A stretch of 64,000 nucleotides of DNA from Anaerolineae bacterium (lineage in GTDB: Bacteria; Chloroflexota; Anaerolineae; Aggregatilineales; UBA3940): contig DAOTYF010000043.1 in the NCBI GenBank assembly GCA_034434995.1, forward strand, positions 18,306 through 82,305, given 5' to 3'. A model generated the notes under the pieces. The model was not told the DNA's origin and made no database searches. It saw only the letters and a program-made list of their open reading frames with translations. Shown here in pieces: positions 20,546-29,164 of this stretch. Positions within the stretch are counted from its first letter, which is position 1, and each line of letters starts with the position of its first letter. The position numbers and the translations under genes were made by a program.

Positions 20546-23092
20546 CTACCCGCCGTGCGGTAGTGTGCCAACCATAGCCTCAAGCAGCTTGATCGTCGCT
20601 TCTTTCGTCTCTGCCCCGCCCTCTCCGACTGGCCCGACGCAGGCAGGGCACCCTTCCTCGCAGGGGCAATCTCGCACCAGCTCCAGCGCCCCGCTCAACA
20701 ATTCATGATGCAGATCGTATAGTTGCGGGGCTAGCCCCAACCCGCCCGGAGCGTGATCGTAGATCGTAATGATCGGTGCTTTGGCGTGAGTCAAGCCCTG
20801 CTGTACAGCCACGCCAATGTCACCGGGCGAGCACATCAGTAATAATGCTGCCACATTCTGCAGCACGTCTGACAGACCGCTAAGCGCACTCCGCACTCCA
20901 CGCACTGCTTCAACAGACCTGTGGCAGGTTGAACACAGGGTAACCAGATTATCCAGACGGTTAGCCTCCCGGTAGTTCTCATTTTGGCCGGGCAGGTAAC
21001 CAAAGTCCCGGAAAGGGATCAGATGGTGAACATCGTGCTGCCGGCCATCGCGTTCAGGAGCGTTACAACGTGTACACCGATACCCATCGCGCGCACGCGC
21101 TCTGTCGCGCTGTTCATGCCAATTTGGGCCGTAGTTATTGGGGCGCAACAAAATGCTCTGCGCTTCAAGCTGGCTGGTCAGATCGTGAGTCAGGGCAACC
21201 CAGTAAGCCGTGGTTTCGAATTGCTGAGGTGGAAGGTCGATCTGCCCATAGCCAAGCGTTTCATGTGTATAACGTTTGACGATGCGATACCCGGTTACTT
21301 GCTGAGTCACCAGCACCCTGCCATGTGCTTTCAGACAATTCCCCGACGGCTTTGAAGCATATTCTTCAATCACCTCCACTTCGCTAGAAATGCTGGCATC
21401 GGTGTAGTAGTCCGCTTCGGTCTGACTGGCTCGGGCGGCTCCGTGCTCCCAGTCCAATTCATCAATTACAAATTGGCGACCCTCATGGAGATAGATTGCG
21501 CCTGTGTGGACAAGCCTTGGCGCACTCTGGCGATCCACCACACCGATGGCTTCCGGTGGGCTGCTAGTGTGATCTTGGATCACAATGGTGTCTGGGCCGG
21601 TCGTGCGCAGGTTCACGTCTGCCGCCGGATAAGCATCCGAAACCCAGCGGTAGGCATGACCGCTGCCATGAATCTCTCCGCCTTCAGCAAGCAGGAGTAG
21701 GATTTCCTCGGCCCCCTGGAAGCTTCCGAATGGTTCACCTGCAGTAAAGGGAAGCTCATAAGCTGCGCAACGCAGGTGATCGGCCAGAATCAGCAGGTTA
21801 TCTGGATTGATCAGGGCATGTTCAGGCGAGCGCTCGAACAGATAGCGGGGATGGGTGGCAACATACTGATCGAGGGGCGTGCCCGATGCTACCAGAATAC
21901 CTACGCAGAGTGTGGCGCGTCGCCCGGCTCGCCCAAACTGTTGCCAGGTGCTCGCAATCGTGCCAGGGTAGCCAGCCAGTATAGCCACCGCCAGTTCCCC
22001 TATGTCAATGCCCAACTCCAGCGCATTGGTGGCTACCACACCTCTTGCCAAGCCGTTACGTAGCTCTTCCTCGATCTTACGCCGTTCGAGGGGTAAATAG
22101 CCGCCTCGATAACCCCGAATGCTGGTTGGATCGCTACCTGCTTGCTCAACCTCGTCGCGGATATACCCTAGTAGGACTTCAGTAGCCAGGCGGGATCGCG
22201 CAAAGATAGCCGTTTGCACACCCTCAGCGACAAACCGTGAAGCGATCTTAGCAGCCTCCAGTGCATAACTACGACGCAGCCCCGTACGGGCATCCACCGT
22301 TGGAGGGTTGTACAAAACGATATGCGTTTCGCCACGAGGGGCACCGTCGTTGTCGATCAGGACAACAGGCGCTTCGATAAGCCGTTCGGCCAGTTCCAGT
22401 GGGTTGGCGATGGTGGCACTGGCGCAGAGGAAGATCGGGTCGCTGCCGTAGAAGCGGCATATCCGCCGCAACCGCCGGAGCACGTTAGCTATATGGCTGC
22501 CGAACACGCCCCGGTAGGTGTGCAGTTCATCCAACACAACCACGCGCAGGGTCTCAAAGAAGGTAGCCCACCGTGGATGATAAGGAAGGATGCTCAGATG
22601 AAGCATATCCGGGTTGGAGATGATCACTCCACCGGCCCGGCGAATCCGCGAACGATAGCTTCGCGGAGTATCACCGTCATACACGTTGAAGGGAATGGAT
22701 GTGTCCAGCTTCAACGCTCCAACAAGTGCGCTCAAGGAAGCTGCTTGATCCTGGGCCAGCGCTTTCGTAGGGTAAAGGTACAGCGCGCTAGCGCCTGGTT
22801 CGTTTAACATGAATTGGAGGGCAGGTAGGTGGTAGGTCAGCGATTTCCCCGAGGCGGTCCCGGTGACCAGTACTATGTTCTGCCCATTCAGAGCGGCTTC
22901 GATGGCGCGTGCCTGATGGATGTATAAAGGGGAATATCCGAGCGCACGGGTGGCCTCAATGAGCCTGCTATCAAGCGCGGCTGGGTACTCAGCATAGCGA
23001 GCGGCCCGGGCGGGTAGTCGTTCCCACGCGGTGACGTTTGCCATAAAGGCCGGGTCGTGTCGAAGCTGGTCAAGCAGGGCGGCCAGGTCCAT
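20546..23092 (-). CDS. DExH-box helicase of the MrfA/YprA (DUF1998) type with an inserted HNH nuclease motif
   Basis: Walker A TGTASGKS, DExH VVLDELH, and helicase-C motif FGRAGRR. The C-terminal Cys cluster DCPCEEGCPAC is DUF1998-like. HNH-like segment: DGYRCTRCN...HDVHHLIPF...NLVTLCSTCH. Confidence 0.85.
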   Translation of the reverse strand: MDLAALLDQLRHDPAFMANVTAWERLPARAARYAEYPAALDSRLIEATRALGYSPLYIHQARAIEAALNGQNIVLVTGTASGKSLTYHLPALQFMLNEPGASALYLYPTKALAQDQAASLSALVGALKLDTSIPFNVYDGDTPRSYRSRIRRAGGVIISNPDMLHLSILPYHPRWATFFETLRVVVLDELHTYRGVFGSHIANVLRRLRRICRFYGSDPIFLCASATIANPLELAERLIEAPVVLIDNDGAPRGETHIVLYNPPTVDARTGLRRSYALEAAKIASRFVAEGVQTAIFARSRLATEVLLGYIRDEVEQAGSDPTSIRGYRGGYLPLERRKIEEELRNGLARGVVATNALELGIDIGELAVAILAGYPGTIASTWQQFGRAGRRATLCVGILVASGTPLDQYVATHPRYLFERSPEHALINPDNLLILADHLRCAAYELPFTAGEPFGSFQGAEEILLLLAEGGEIHGSGHAYRWVSDAYPAADVNLRTTGPDTIVIQDHTSSPPEAIGVVDRQSAPRLVHTGAIYLHEGRQFVIDELDWEHGAARASQTEADYYTDASISSEVEVIEEYASKPSGNCLKAHGRVLVTQQVTGYRIVKRYTHETLGYGQIDLPPQQFETTAYWVALTHDLTSQLEAQSILLRPNNYGPNWHEQRDRARARDGYRCTRCNAPERDGRQHDVHHLIPFRDFGYLPGQNENYREANRLDNLVTLCSTCHRSVEAVRGVRSALSGLSDVLQNVAALLLMCSPGDIGVAVQQGLTHAKAPIITIYDHAPGGLGLAPQLYDLHHELLSGALELVRDCPCEEGCPACVGPVGEGGAETKEATIKLLEAMVGTLPHGG

Positions 23093-23127
23093 TTGCCGAT
23101 AGTATCGCTTTCAGAACGTTTGTTTGC

Positions 23128-23156
23128 AAGACAAGCCCCCGGCGGCCCGTTATAAT
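23128..23156 (+). promoter_or_regulatory. sigma70-type promoter (AAGACA-17 nt-TATAAT), probably giving a leaderless mRNA for the GT1 gene at 23164
   Basis: A perfect TATAAT lies at 23151-23156, with exactly 7 nt before the ATG at 23164. A -35-like AAGACA sits at 23128-23133 with a 17-nt spacer. No Shine-Dalgarno sequence is present. Confidence 0.45.
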
Positions 23157-23163
23157 CGCCCGC

Positions 23164-24303
23164 ATGAGTGTGCACACCCACGTTGCTCTCAATGCATACT
23201 TGCTGTCGGGAGAGGCTTCATATCGTAGCGCGGGCATTCATGGGTATATCTACAATACCCTGGCGAACTTATGTGAAGTTGACCCTAGCCTCGTTTTAAC
23301 TGTTCTGGTTGGATCAGGAACGCTGCCAGATAGGGGCAGATGGGATGTTCGGCGCTCTCGCTTTCTCGCTCATCGGCCTACTGTGCGTATCATGTGGGAA
23401 CAGTTGGTTGTGCCCTGGATGCTCCTCCGGCTTGATCCCGATCTCTTTCATGGGATGGCGTTTGCTGTGCCAGCGTTCTGGCCTGGGCCAAGTGTGGTCA
23501 CGATCTACGATCTGAGCTTCCTGCGTTACCCGGAGCACCTTGGGCGGGCGCGGCGTCTGTATCTCCAATGGATCACCCACCTTTCCGCGCGACGGGCGCG
23601 CCGGATCATCAGCATCTCCGAAAGTGGGAAGGCAGAAATCAATGCGCTGCTCCATGTTGCCCCGGATAAGATCGACGTTGCATTGCCGGGCGTCGCTGAG
23701 CACTTTAAATCCTTACCTCCTGAGCAGGTGGCCAAGTTTCGTGCCCGGCAGGGATTGCCAGAGCGCTTCATTCTGTATTTGGGCACACTGGAACCGCGCA
23801 AGAATCTGGACACCCTGCTGGTCGCCTATGCGCGGCTTCCGCAACGTGCGGAGGTCAAATTGGTGCTGGCAGGCGGGGAAGGCTGGGGGACGGATCGAAT
23901 CCTGGCCTTGATTGAATCCTTGGGGCTTAGGGAGGATGTGATCCTGCCTGGCTATATCGAGAATCGAATGCTCCCGATGTGGTACAATGCGGCAGAGTTG
24001 TTCGTCTATCCTTCCATGTATGAGGGATTCGGGCTACCGCTCCTCGAGGCGATGGCCTGCTGCGTTCCGGTCGTCGCCTCTAATGCGGCCTCTCTGCCGG
24101 AAGTAGTGGGATCGGACGGGGTGTTGCTTCCTGCCACCAACCCTGATGCCTGGACGGATGCTCTGGCCCATCTGTTGACGGACTCCTCTGCCCGTATGGC
24201 TCTGGGGCTTAGGGGGCAGGCCCGCGCAAAGAATTTCACCTGGACTAACACTGCCCGACAGACGGCCCTAGCCTATCACCGGGCGCTAAGTGATAGCACG
24301 TGA
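23164..24303 (+). CDS. glycosyltransferase family 1 (GT4-type)
   Basis: 379 aa. Motifs YLGTLEPRKN and YPSMYEGFGLPLLEAMACCVPVVASN are present. Confidence 0.9.
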   Translation: MSVHTHVALNAYLLSGEASYRSAGIHGYIYNTLANLCEVDPSLVLTVLVGSGTLPDRGRWDVRRSRFLAHRPTVRIMWEQLVVPWMLLRLDPDLFHGMAFAVPAFWPGPSVVTIYDLSFLRYPEHLGRARRLYLQWITHLSARRARRIISISESGKAEINALLHVAPDKIDVALPGVAEHFKSLPPEQVAKFRARQGLPERFILYLGTLEPRKNLDTLLVAYARLPQRAEVKLVLAGGEGWGTDRILALIESLGLREDVILPGYIENRMLPMWYNAAELFVYPSMYEGFGLPLLEAMACCVPVVASNAASLPEVVGSDGVLLPATNPDAWTDALAHLLTDSSARMALGLRGQARAKNFTWTNTARQTALAYHRALSDST

Positions 24304-25736
24304 TGCCGCATATGGTCAAGAATCAGGCGTCCCAGCCTCTAATCTTGGTGGCAGATATCGCCCTGATCAATGTGGCTTTCTTCCTCTCGTACATGGTGCG
24401 GTATGAGATGGGCATCCCCTATCCCGTCGATCCGCGCTATGACGCGCCCTTTTATCCCTCTTACATCCCAACGGCTGTACTGCTCACCTTGTTGTGCCTG
24501 ACAATGTACAGGATTGACGGCCTCTACGAGAGGAGGCGAGGGCGCCGCTGGTTGGACGAAACCTACCGCTTGGTCAGCGGGACGATGACCAGCATTGTCG
24601 TGATCATGGCGATTACTTTTTTCACCCAGCCCCTGGTATATTCGCGCGGTATGTTGGTGCTGGCGGGCTTGCTGATCGTGGCCTTGCTTGCAACTTCCCG
24701 CCTGGTGCAGCACTTTATCGAAGGGCAGCTCCGGCGGAGAGGTATTGGTGTGGAGCGGCTCCTGATCGTGGGCGCGGGTGAGGTTGGGCGGGCGGTTATG
24801 CGCAGTATCCTGGCTTCACCCCGGCTGGGCTACCAGATCGTGGGTTATGTTGATGATGATCCCACCAAAGGAGATGGTCATCTGGGTCGCTTTCAGGGGT
24901 TTGGTGGCCTTGACAAGCTAGCTGAAGTCATCCAGACGCAGAAGGTGGACGAAGTTATCGTGACCCTTCCCTGGATGTATCACCGCAAGATTATGCAGAT
25001 CGTGGCTGAGTGCGAGCGGGGTAAAGTCAGAGTCCGCGTGGTTCCAGATGTATTCCAGCAGAGGATGCATCGGGTTGATCTGGATAGCCTGCATGGGATC
25101 CCCCTGATCGGGCCAGGCCCCACCGAGTTGAGTTCAGGCGCTATGCTGGTCAAGCGTGCAATGGATTTGATATTGGTCTTTCTCGCCCTCCCCTTTGCGC
25201 TTCTGCTCTTTGTGCTGGTAGCGGTGCTCATTAAACTCGATTCGCCCGGCCCAGTTCTGTTCAAACAGCCACGTGTGGGGAAGGATGGCCGGGTGTTTGA
25301 CATGTATAAGTTCCGCACCATGATCGTTGGTGCAGAGAGAATGCAGGCCGAGCTGGCGGACCTGAACGAGGCAGATGGCCCTTTGTTCAAAATCCGGGAC
25401 GATCCGCGCCGGACGCGAGTCGGGCGGTTCTTGAGGCGGACCAGCATCGATGAACTACCACAACTGATCAATATCCTGAAGGGCGAGATGAGTTGGGTCG
25501 GACCACGCCCAGGAACGCCTGAGGAAGTGGCTCAATACGAACCCTGGCAACGAGAGCGGATTGTTGTGCGTCCTGGGGTGACCGGCCTATGGCAGGTGAG
25601 TGGTCGCAGCGACATCCCGTTTGATGAGATGATTCTACTGGATATTTTCTACATTGAGAATTGGTCCCTTGATCTCGACATTCGCATTCTGCTGCAAACT
25701 GTCCCCCGTGTCCTTTTTGGCACTGGAGCTTATTAA
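24300..25736 (+). CDS. polyprenyl-phosphate glycosylphosphotransferase, WbaP/EPS-type (bacterial sugar transferase)
   Basis: N-terminal TM helices. LLIVGAGEVGRAV is a CoA-binding-like domain. C-terminal region reads PGPVLFKQPRVGKDGRVFDMYKFRTM...DELPQLINILKGEMSWVGPRP. Confidence 0.9.
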   Translation: MMPHMVKNQASQPLILVADIALINVAFFLSYMVRYEMGIPYPVDPRYDAPFYPSYIPTAVLLTLLCLTMYRIDGLYERRRGRRWLDETYRLVSGTMTSIVVIMAITFFTQPLVYSRGMLVLAGLLIVALLATSRLVQHFIEGQLRRRGIGVERLLIVGAGEVGRAVMRSILASPRLGYQIVGYVDDDPTKGDGHLGRFQGFGGLDKLAEVIQTQKVDEVIVTLPWMYHRKIMQIVAECERGKVRVRVVPDVFQQRMHRVDLDSLHGIPLIGPGPTELSSGAMLVKRAMDLILVFLALPFALLLFVLVAVLIKLDSPGPVLFKQPRVGKDGRVFDMYKFRTMIVGAERMQAELADLNEADGPLFKIRDDPRRTRVGRFLRRTSIDELPQLINILKGEMSWVGPRPGTPEEVAQYEPWQRERIVVRPGVTGLWQVSGRSDIPFDEMILLDIFYIENWSLDLDIRILLQTVPRVLFGTGAY

Positions 25737-26984
25737 ATGACCCGTCCCTTCCGTCTCCACTCTGTGCTGGGATCGAGTTCGTCCTCGGCGCCTGCCAGGC
25801 TGATGCTCGATGTAGACGAATGTGTGCAAATGACCCATTTCCTCCGAGCGCTGGTTCAGACGCCCAGCCTCTCAACAGCAGAAGGGGCGGTAGCAGAATT
25901 GATCCGGCACGAGCTTCGGGCAGTGGGGATTCAGGACGTTCGTACCGACCGGGCGGGGAGCGTCATGGCGTTATTAGGCAATGGAGATGGGCCAACTCTG
26001 CTGCTGGATGCCCATATGGATACAGTAGCCCCAACTGGTGCGGCGTGGCCCTATGGGCCCTATACCGCGACCGTCAAGGATGGCTTCCTGTATGGCTTGG
26101 GCGCGTGTGACATGAAAGCATCCATAGCAGCCATGGTCTATGCCGCCAAACGCCTCATTGAGGCTCATGTCGAACTGCATGGCAGACTGGTGCTGGCATT
26201 TGTTGTTCAAGAAGAACCATGCGAGGGCTGTGCGCTCAAGATTTTGTTGGAGGAGCAGAATATACAACCCGACTGGGTGGTGCTCGCTGAACCAAGCGAT
26301 ATGACTATCAAACGCGGTCACCGGGGACGGGTGTTGTTTAAGGTAACAGTGCGGGGCCGAAGCAGTCATGCTTCCCGACCTGACCTTGGCCAAAATGCGA
26401 TTACGGCGGCAGCACGGCTGATCTTTGGTATTGACCTGCTTTCGGGAGGGCTGGCAAGCGATCCCTTTCTGGGGCCAGGAACTATTGCTGTGACTCACAT
26501 CGAAAGTCGGGCCGCGAGCGCAAACGCGATTCCAGACTTATGTACCTTTTATGTGGATCGCCGCCTGACTCTCGGTGAAACGGCCACTCGCGCGCAGACC
26601 CAGATTGAAACCGTTATCGAGCGCGAGGGTATTGATGCGACGGTGGAGGTAGTTGAATACAAGTCGGAGACCTATGCTGGGTACCCGCTGCAAGTGCGCG
26701 AATCGTTCAATCCCTGGGCGCTTGATCCCGATCACCCTCTGGTGGCCGCATTGAGCCGGGCAGCGCAGACAGTCATCGGTCAGCCACCTGCCATCGGCCA
26801 ATGGGCGTTTTCAACAGATGGTGTCTTCAGCATGGCAGAGGCCGGTATTCCAACAGTGGGGTTCGGGCCAGGCAACCCGGATCACGCCCATACAGTAGAC
26901 GAGCGCGTCTGTCTGGATGATGTGACGCGAGCTGCTCACATATATGCGTTGTTGGCTTCGAATTTGCTGGCGAAGCCCGCCTGA
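25737..26984 (+). CDS. M20 family metallopeptidase (ArgE/DapE-like deacylase)
   Basis: LLLDAHMDTVAP, GACDMKAS and VVQEEPCEG match M20 metal and catalytic motifs. The true start may be an internal ATG at 25803 or 25830. Confidence 0.8.
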   Translation: MTRPFRLHSVLGSSSSSAPARLMLDVDECVQMTHFLRALVQTPSLSTAEGAVAELIRHELRAVGIQDVRTDRAGSVMALLGNGDGPTLLLDAHMDTVAPTGAAWPYGPYTATVKDGFLYGLGACDMKASIAAMVYAAKRLIEAHVELHGRLVLAFVVQEEPCEGCALKILLEEQNIQPDWVVLAEPSDMTIKRGHRGRVLFKVTVRGRSSHASRPDLGQNAITAAARLIFGIDLLSGGLASDPFLGPGTIAVTHIESRAASANAIPDLCTFYVDRRLTLGETATRAQTQIETVIEREGIDATVEVVEYKSETYAGYPLQVRESFNPWALDPDHPLVAALSRAAQTVIGQPPAIGQWAFSTDGVFSMAEAGIPTVGFGPGNPDHAHTVDERVCLDDVTRAAHIYALLASNLLAKPA

Positions 26985-27019
26985 GGAGACTTGCTACGCA
27001 AGACCATACCTCGGATGGT

Positions 27020-27049
27020 TTGTGCCAGCTTTTCCCCGTACGGTATAAT
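27020..27049 (+). promoter_or_regulatory. possible promoter for the chlI-like gene
   Basis: Perfect TATAAT at 27044-27049. A weak -35 (TTGTGC) sits at 27020-27025 with an 18-nt spacer. Confidence 0.3.
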
Positions 27050-27107
27050 CCCCTCCCGTAAAACTATCGTGGTTGGCTCTTGAACATGACCGGCAAGTGA
27101 GCATGGC

Positions 27108-28217
27108 ATGTCTGTTGTGATCTTCCCTTTTACAGCTATCGTGGGCCAAGAGCGCATGAAGCGTGCGCTGGTCTTGAATGCCGTCTATCCACAGATCGGT
27201 GGTGTTTTGATTCGGGGCGAGCGAGGCACAGCTAAAAGCACTGCCGCGCGCGCTTTGGCGGCCCTTCTCCCTGAGATTGAGGTAGTAGCGGACTGCCGCT
27301 TTAGCTGCGATCCAGCCCACCCCGAAACATGGTGTGATGAATGTCGTGAGCGTAGGGAGAGGGGTGAGATGCTGCCGGTCGCGCGTCGCCGCATCCGGAT
27401 CGTCGATCTCCCGGTCAGCGCAACGGAAGATCGCGTGGTGGGCACGCTCGACATCGAGAAAGCCATCCAGTTAGGCCAGCGCCAATTTGATGCCGGTGTG
27501 CTGGCTGCCGCTAACAGAGGGATTCTCTACGTTGACGAAGTCAATCTGCTTGACGATCACGTGGTTGATCTGCTACTGGACTCCGCCGCAATGGGGGTGA
27601 ACGTCGTAGAGCGTGAGGGTATCAGCTTCACCCATCCGGCTCGTTTCATCCTGGTGGGCACAATGAACCCCGAGGAAGGAGACCTGCGCCCTCAGCTTCT
27701 AGACCGCTTCGCACTGGCGGTCGATGTGCGGGGCCTGCAAGACCCTGCTGAGCGAATGGCAGTGTTGGAACGCCACATTCAGTTTGAAGCGGATGCGATG
27801 GCTTTCCGTCAGGCATGGCTTCCAAGTGAGCAGCAGTTGGCGGATGAGATCGAGCGTGCCCGCCAGCTCGTTGAGTATGTAGCTTACACGCGCCAAGACC
27901 TTGCCACGATTGCCAACCTCACGTCGAGTCTGAAGGTGGATGGTCACCGAGCTGATCTGGTGATTCTAAAAGCCGCACGTGCTCATGCGGCCCTGGAAGG
28001 CCGCACCTCTATCACCGAGCGCGACATTCTGATGGCAGCCGAACTGGCCCTGCCGCATCGCATCCGGCGTGGCCCCTTCCAAGAGGCTCAGGCGAGTCTT
28101 CACGATCTCGAAGAACGAGTCGAGCAGGCTCGTAGCGATGCTGAGAATGCTGAGGCTTCGGAGCAGGAGCTGGCCGAGGAATCAACCCAGGTAAAAAAAA
28201 ACAGCGTGACGCGGTAG
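27108..28217 (+). CDS. chlI: AAA+ ATPase, magnesium chelatase subunit I (ChlI/BchI)-like
   Basis: FPFTAIVGQERMKRALVLNAV is the ChlI N-terminal signature. Walker A is GERGTAKST and Walker B is ILYVDEVNLL. The ORF ends 5 codons after an A9 run. Confidence 0.85.
   Translation: MSVVIFPFTAIVGQERMKRALVLNAVYPQIGGVLIRGERGTAKSTAARALAALLPEIEVVADCRFSCDPAHPETWCDECRERRERGEMLPVARRRIRIVDLPVSATEDRVVGTLDIEKAIQLGQRQFDAGVLAAANRGILYVDEVNLLDDHVVDLLLDSAAMGVNVVEREGISFTHPARFILVGTMNPEEGDLRPQLLDRFALAVDVRGLQDPAERMAVLERHIQFEADAMAFRQAWLPSEQQLADEIERARQLVEYVAYTRQDLATIANLTSSLKVDGHRADLVILKAARAHAALEGRTSITERDILMAAELALPHRIRRGPFQEAQASLHDLEERVEQARSDAENAEASEQELAEESTQVKKNSVTR
28193..28201 (+). promoter_or_regulatory. A9 slippery tract (A_AAA_AAA_AAC in the zero frame): candidate -1 frameshift / transcriptional slippage site
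   Basis: Nine consecutive A residues. The zero frame reads gtA AAA AAA AAC and hits TAG at 28215. The -1 frame reads AAA CAG CGT GAC GCG GTA GAC GAG GAA GAA... with no stop before the ATG at 28250. Confidence 0.5.
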
Positions 28218-28249
28218 ACGAGGAAGAAGGGGAGGAGCAACAACCTGAG

Positions 28250-29164
28250 ATGGGGCCAACTCAGCCCCATCGTCAGGATGTGTTCCCTAGTCAGGAGTCG
28301 CACTGGTGGGAGGGAGGGCAAAAAGTTCAACCCGGCGAGGAGTTCAAGCTGGGACGACGATTAGATACTCCTCTAGATAAACTCACACGGCGACAGAGTG
28401 GACGCCGCAGCCGTACCCGGACCGACCGCAAGCGAGGGCGCTACATTCAGGCCCGTCCTGCTAACGGGGATACCTCTGATGTTGCCTTTGACGCCACCAT
28501 TCGCGCTGCTGCACCCTATCAAATCGAGCGGGATAAGGGCGATCTAGCCTTTGCAGTACGTAAGCAAGACTTGCAACGCAAGGTCCGCGTCAAGCGGCAA
28601 GCCAATCTTGTTCTGTTCGTGGTTGATGCGTCATGGAGCATGGCTGTTGCCGAGCGCATGACAGCCACCAAAGGTGCTATTGTCTCTCTGCTGACCGACG
28701 CATATCAGCGTCGGGACCGCGTTGGGCTGGTCGTCTTTCAGAAGAATCGTGCCCATTTGGTGCTTCCGCCAACCAATTCAGTGCAATTGGCCCAGCGCGC
28801 CTTAGCTGACATCCCCGTGGGGGGCAAGACCCCTCTTTCCGCCGGCCTGCTGCTTGCTTACCAGGTGTTTTTACAGGACAGATTATCCCACCCCGATGCA
28901 CTGCCCTTGATGATCATCCTGACTGATGGGGCAGGCAATGTCTCAATGACGAATCTGCCTCCTCAGGATGAAGCTCATCGCATCGCGAATCGCGTCCATG
29001 CAGAAGGCATCCGGTCCGTGGTGATTAATATGGAACATGCCAGCTTTGACCAGGGATTGGCACAAAGGCTGGCCGAGGAATTAGGCGGCCTCTGCTTCAC
29101 GCTGGCAGAACTACGTGCCGATCTGCTATACCAGACCGTCCGCGAGCAGATGGCAAATCCCTAA
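28250..29164 (+). CDS. VWA (von Willebrand A) domain protein, ChlD/BchD C-terminal-half-like
   Basis: RGRYIQARP...DVAFDATIRAAAPYQ is the ChlD mid-region signature. LFVVDASWSM is the MIDAS motif DxSxS. TDGAGN is present. Confidence 0.8.
   Translation: MGPTQPHRQDVFPSQESHWWEGGQKVQPGEEFKLGRRLDTPLDKLTRRQSGRRSRTRTDRKRGRYIQARPANGDTSDVAFDATIRAAAPYQIERDKGDLAFAVRKQDLQRKVRVKRQANLVLFVVDASWSMAVAERMTATKGAIVSLLTDAYQRRDRVGLVVFQKNRAHLVLPPTNSVQLAQRALADIPVGGKTPLSAGLLLAYQVFLQDRLSHPDALPLMIILTDGAGNVSMTNLPPQDEAHRIANRVHAEGIRSVVINMEHASFDQGLAQRLAEELGGLCFTLAELRADLLYQTVREQMANP

Noticed and set aside
26985-27107. A possible cobalamin riboswitch ahead of the chelatase-like genes.
   Set aside because: The likely transcribed leader, after the TATAAT at 27044-27049, is only about 50 nt. 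I see no B12-box-like GCCACTG core or multi-stem architecture.
28232-28252. Treating the VWA ORF simply as an independent gene with its own RBS (GGAGGAG 12 nt before ATG 28250).
   Set aside because: This is not fully rejected and is kept as the default annotation. The long SD-ATG spacing, the open -1 frame from the A9 tract, and the ChlD-like linker encoded in the supposed intergenic DNA make the recoding hypothesis worth testing.
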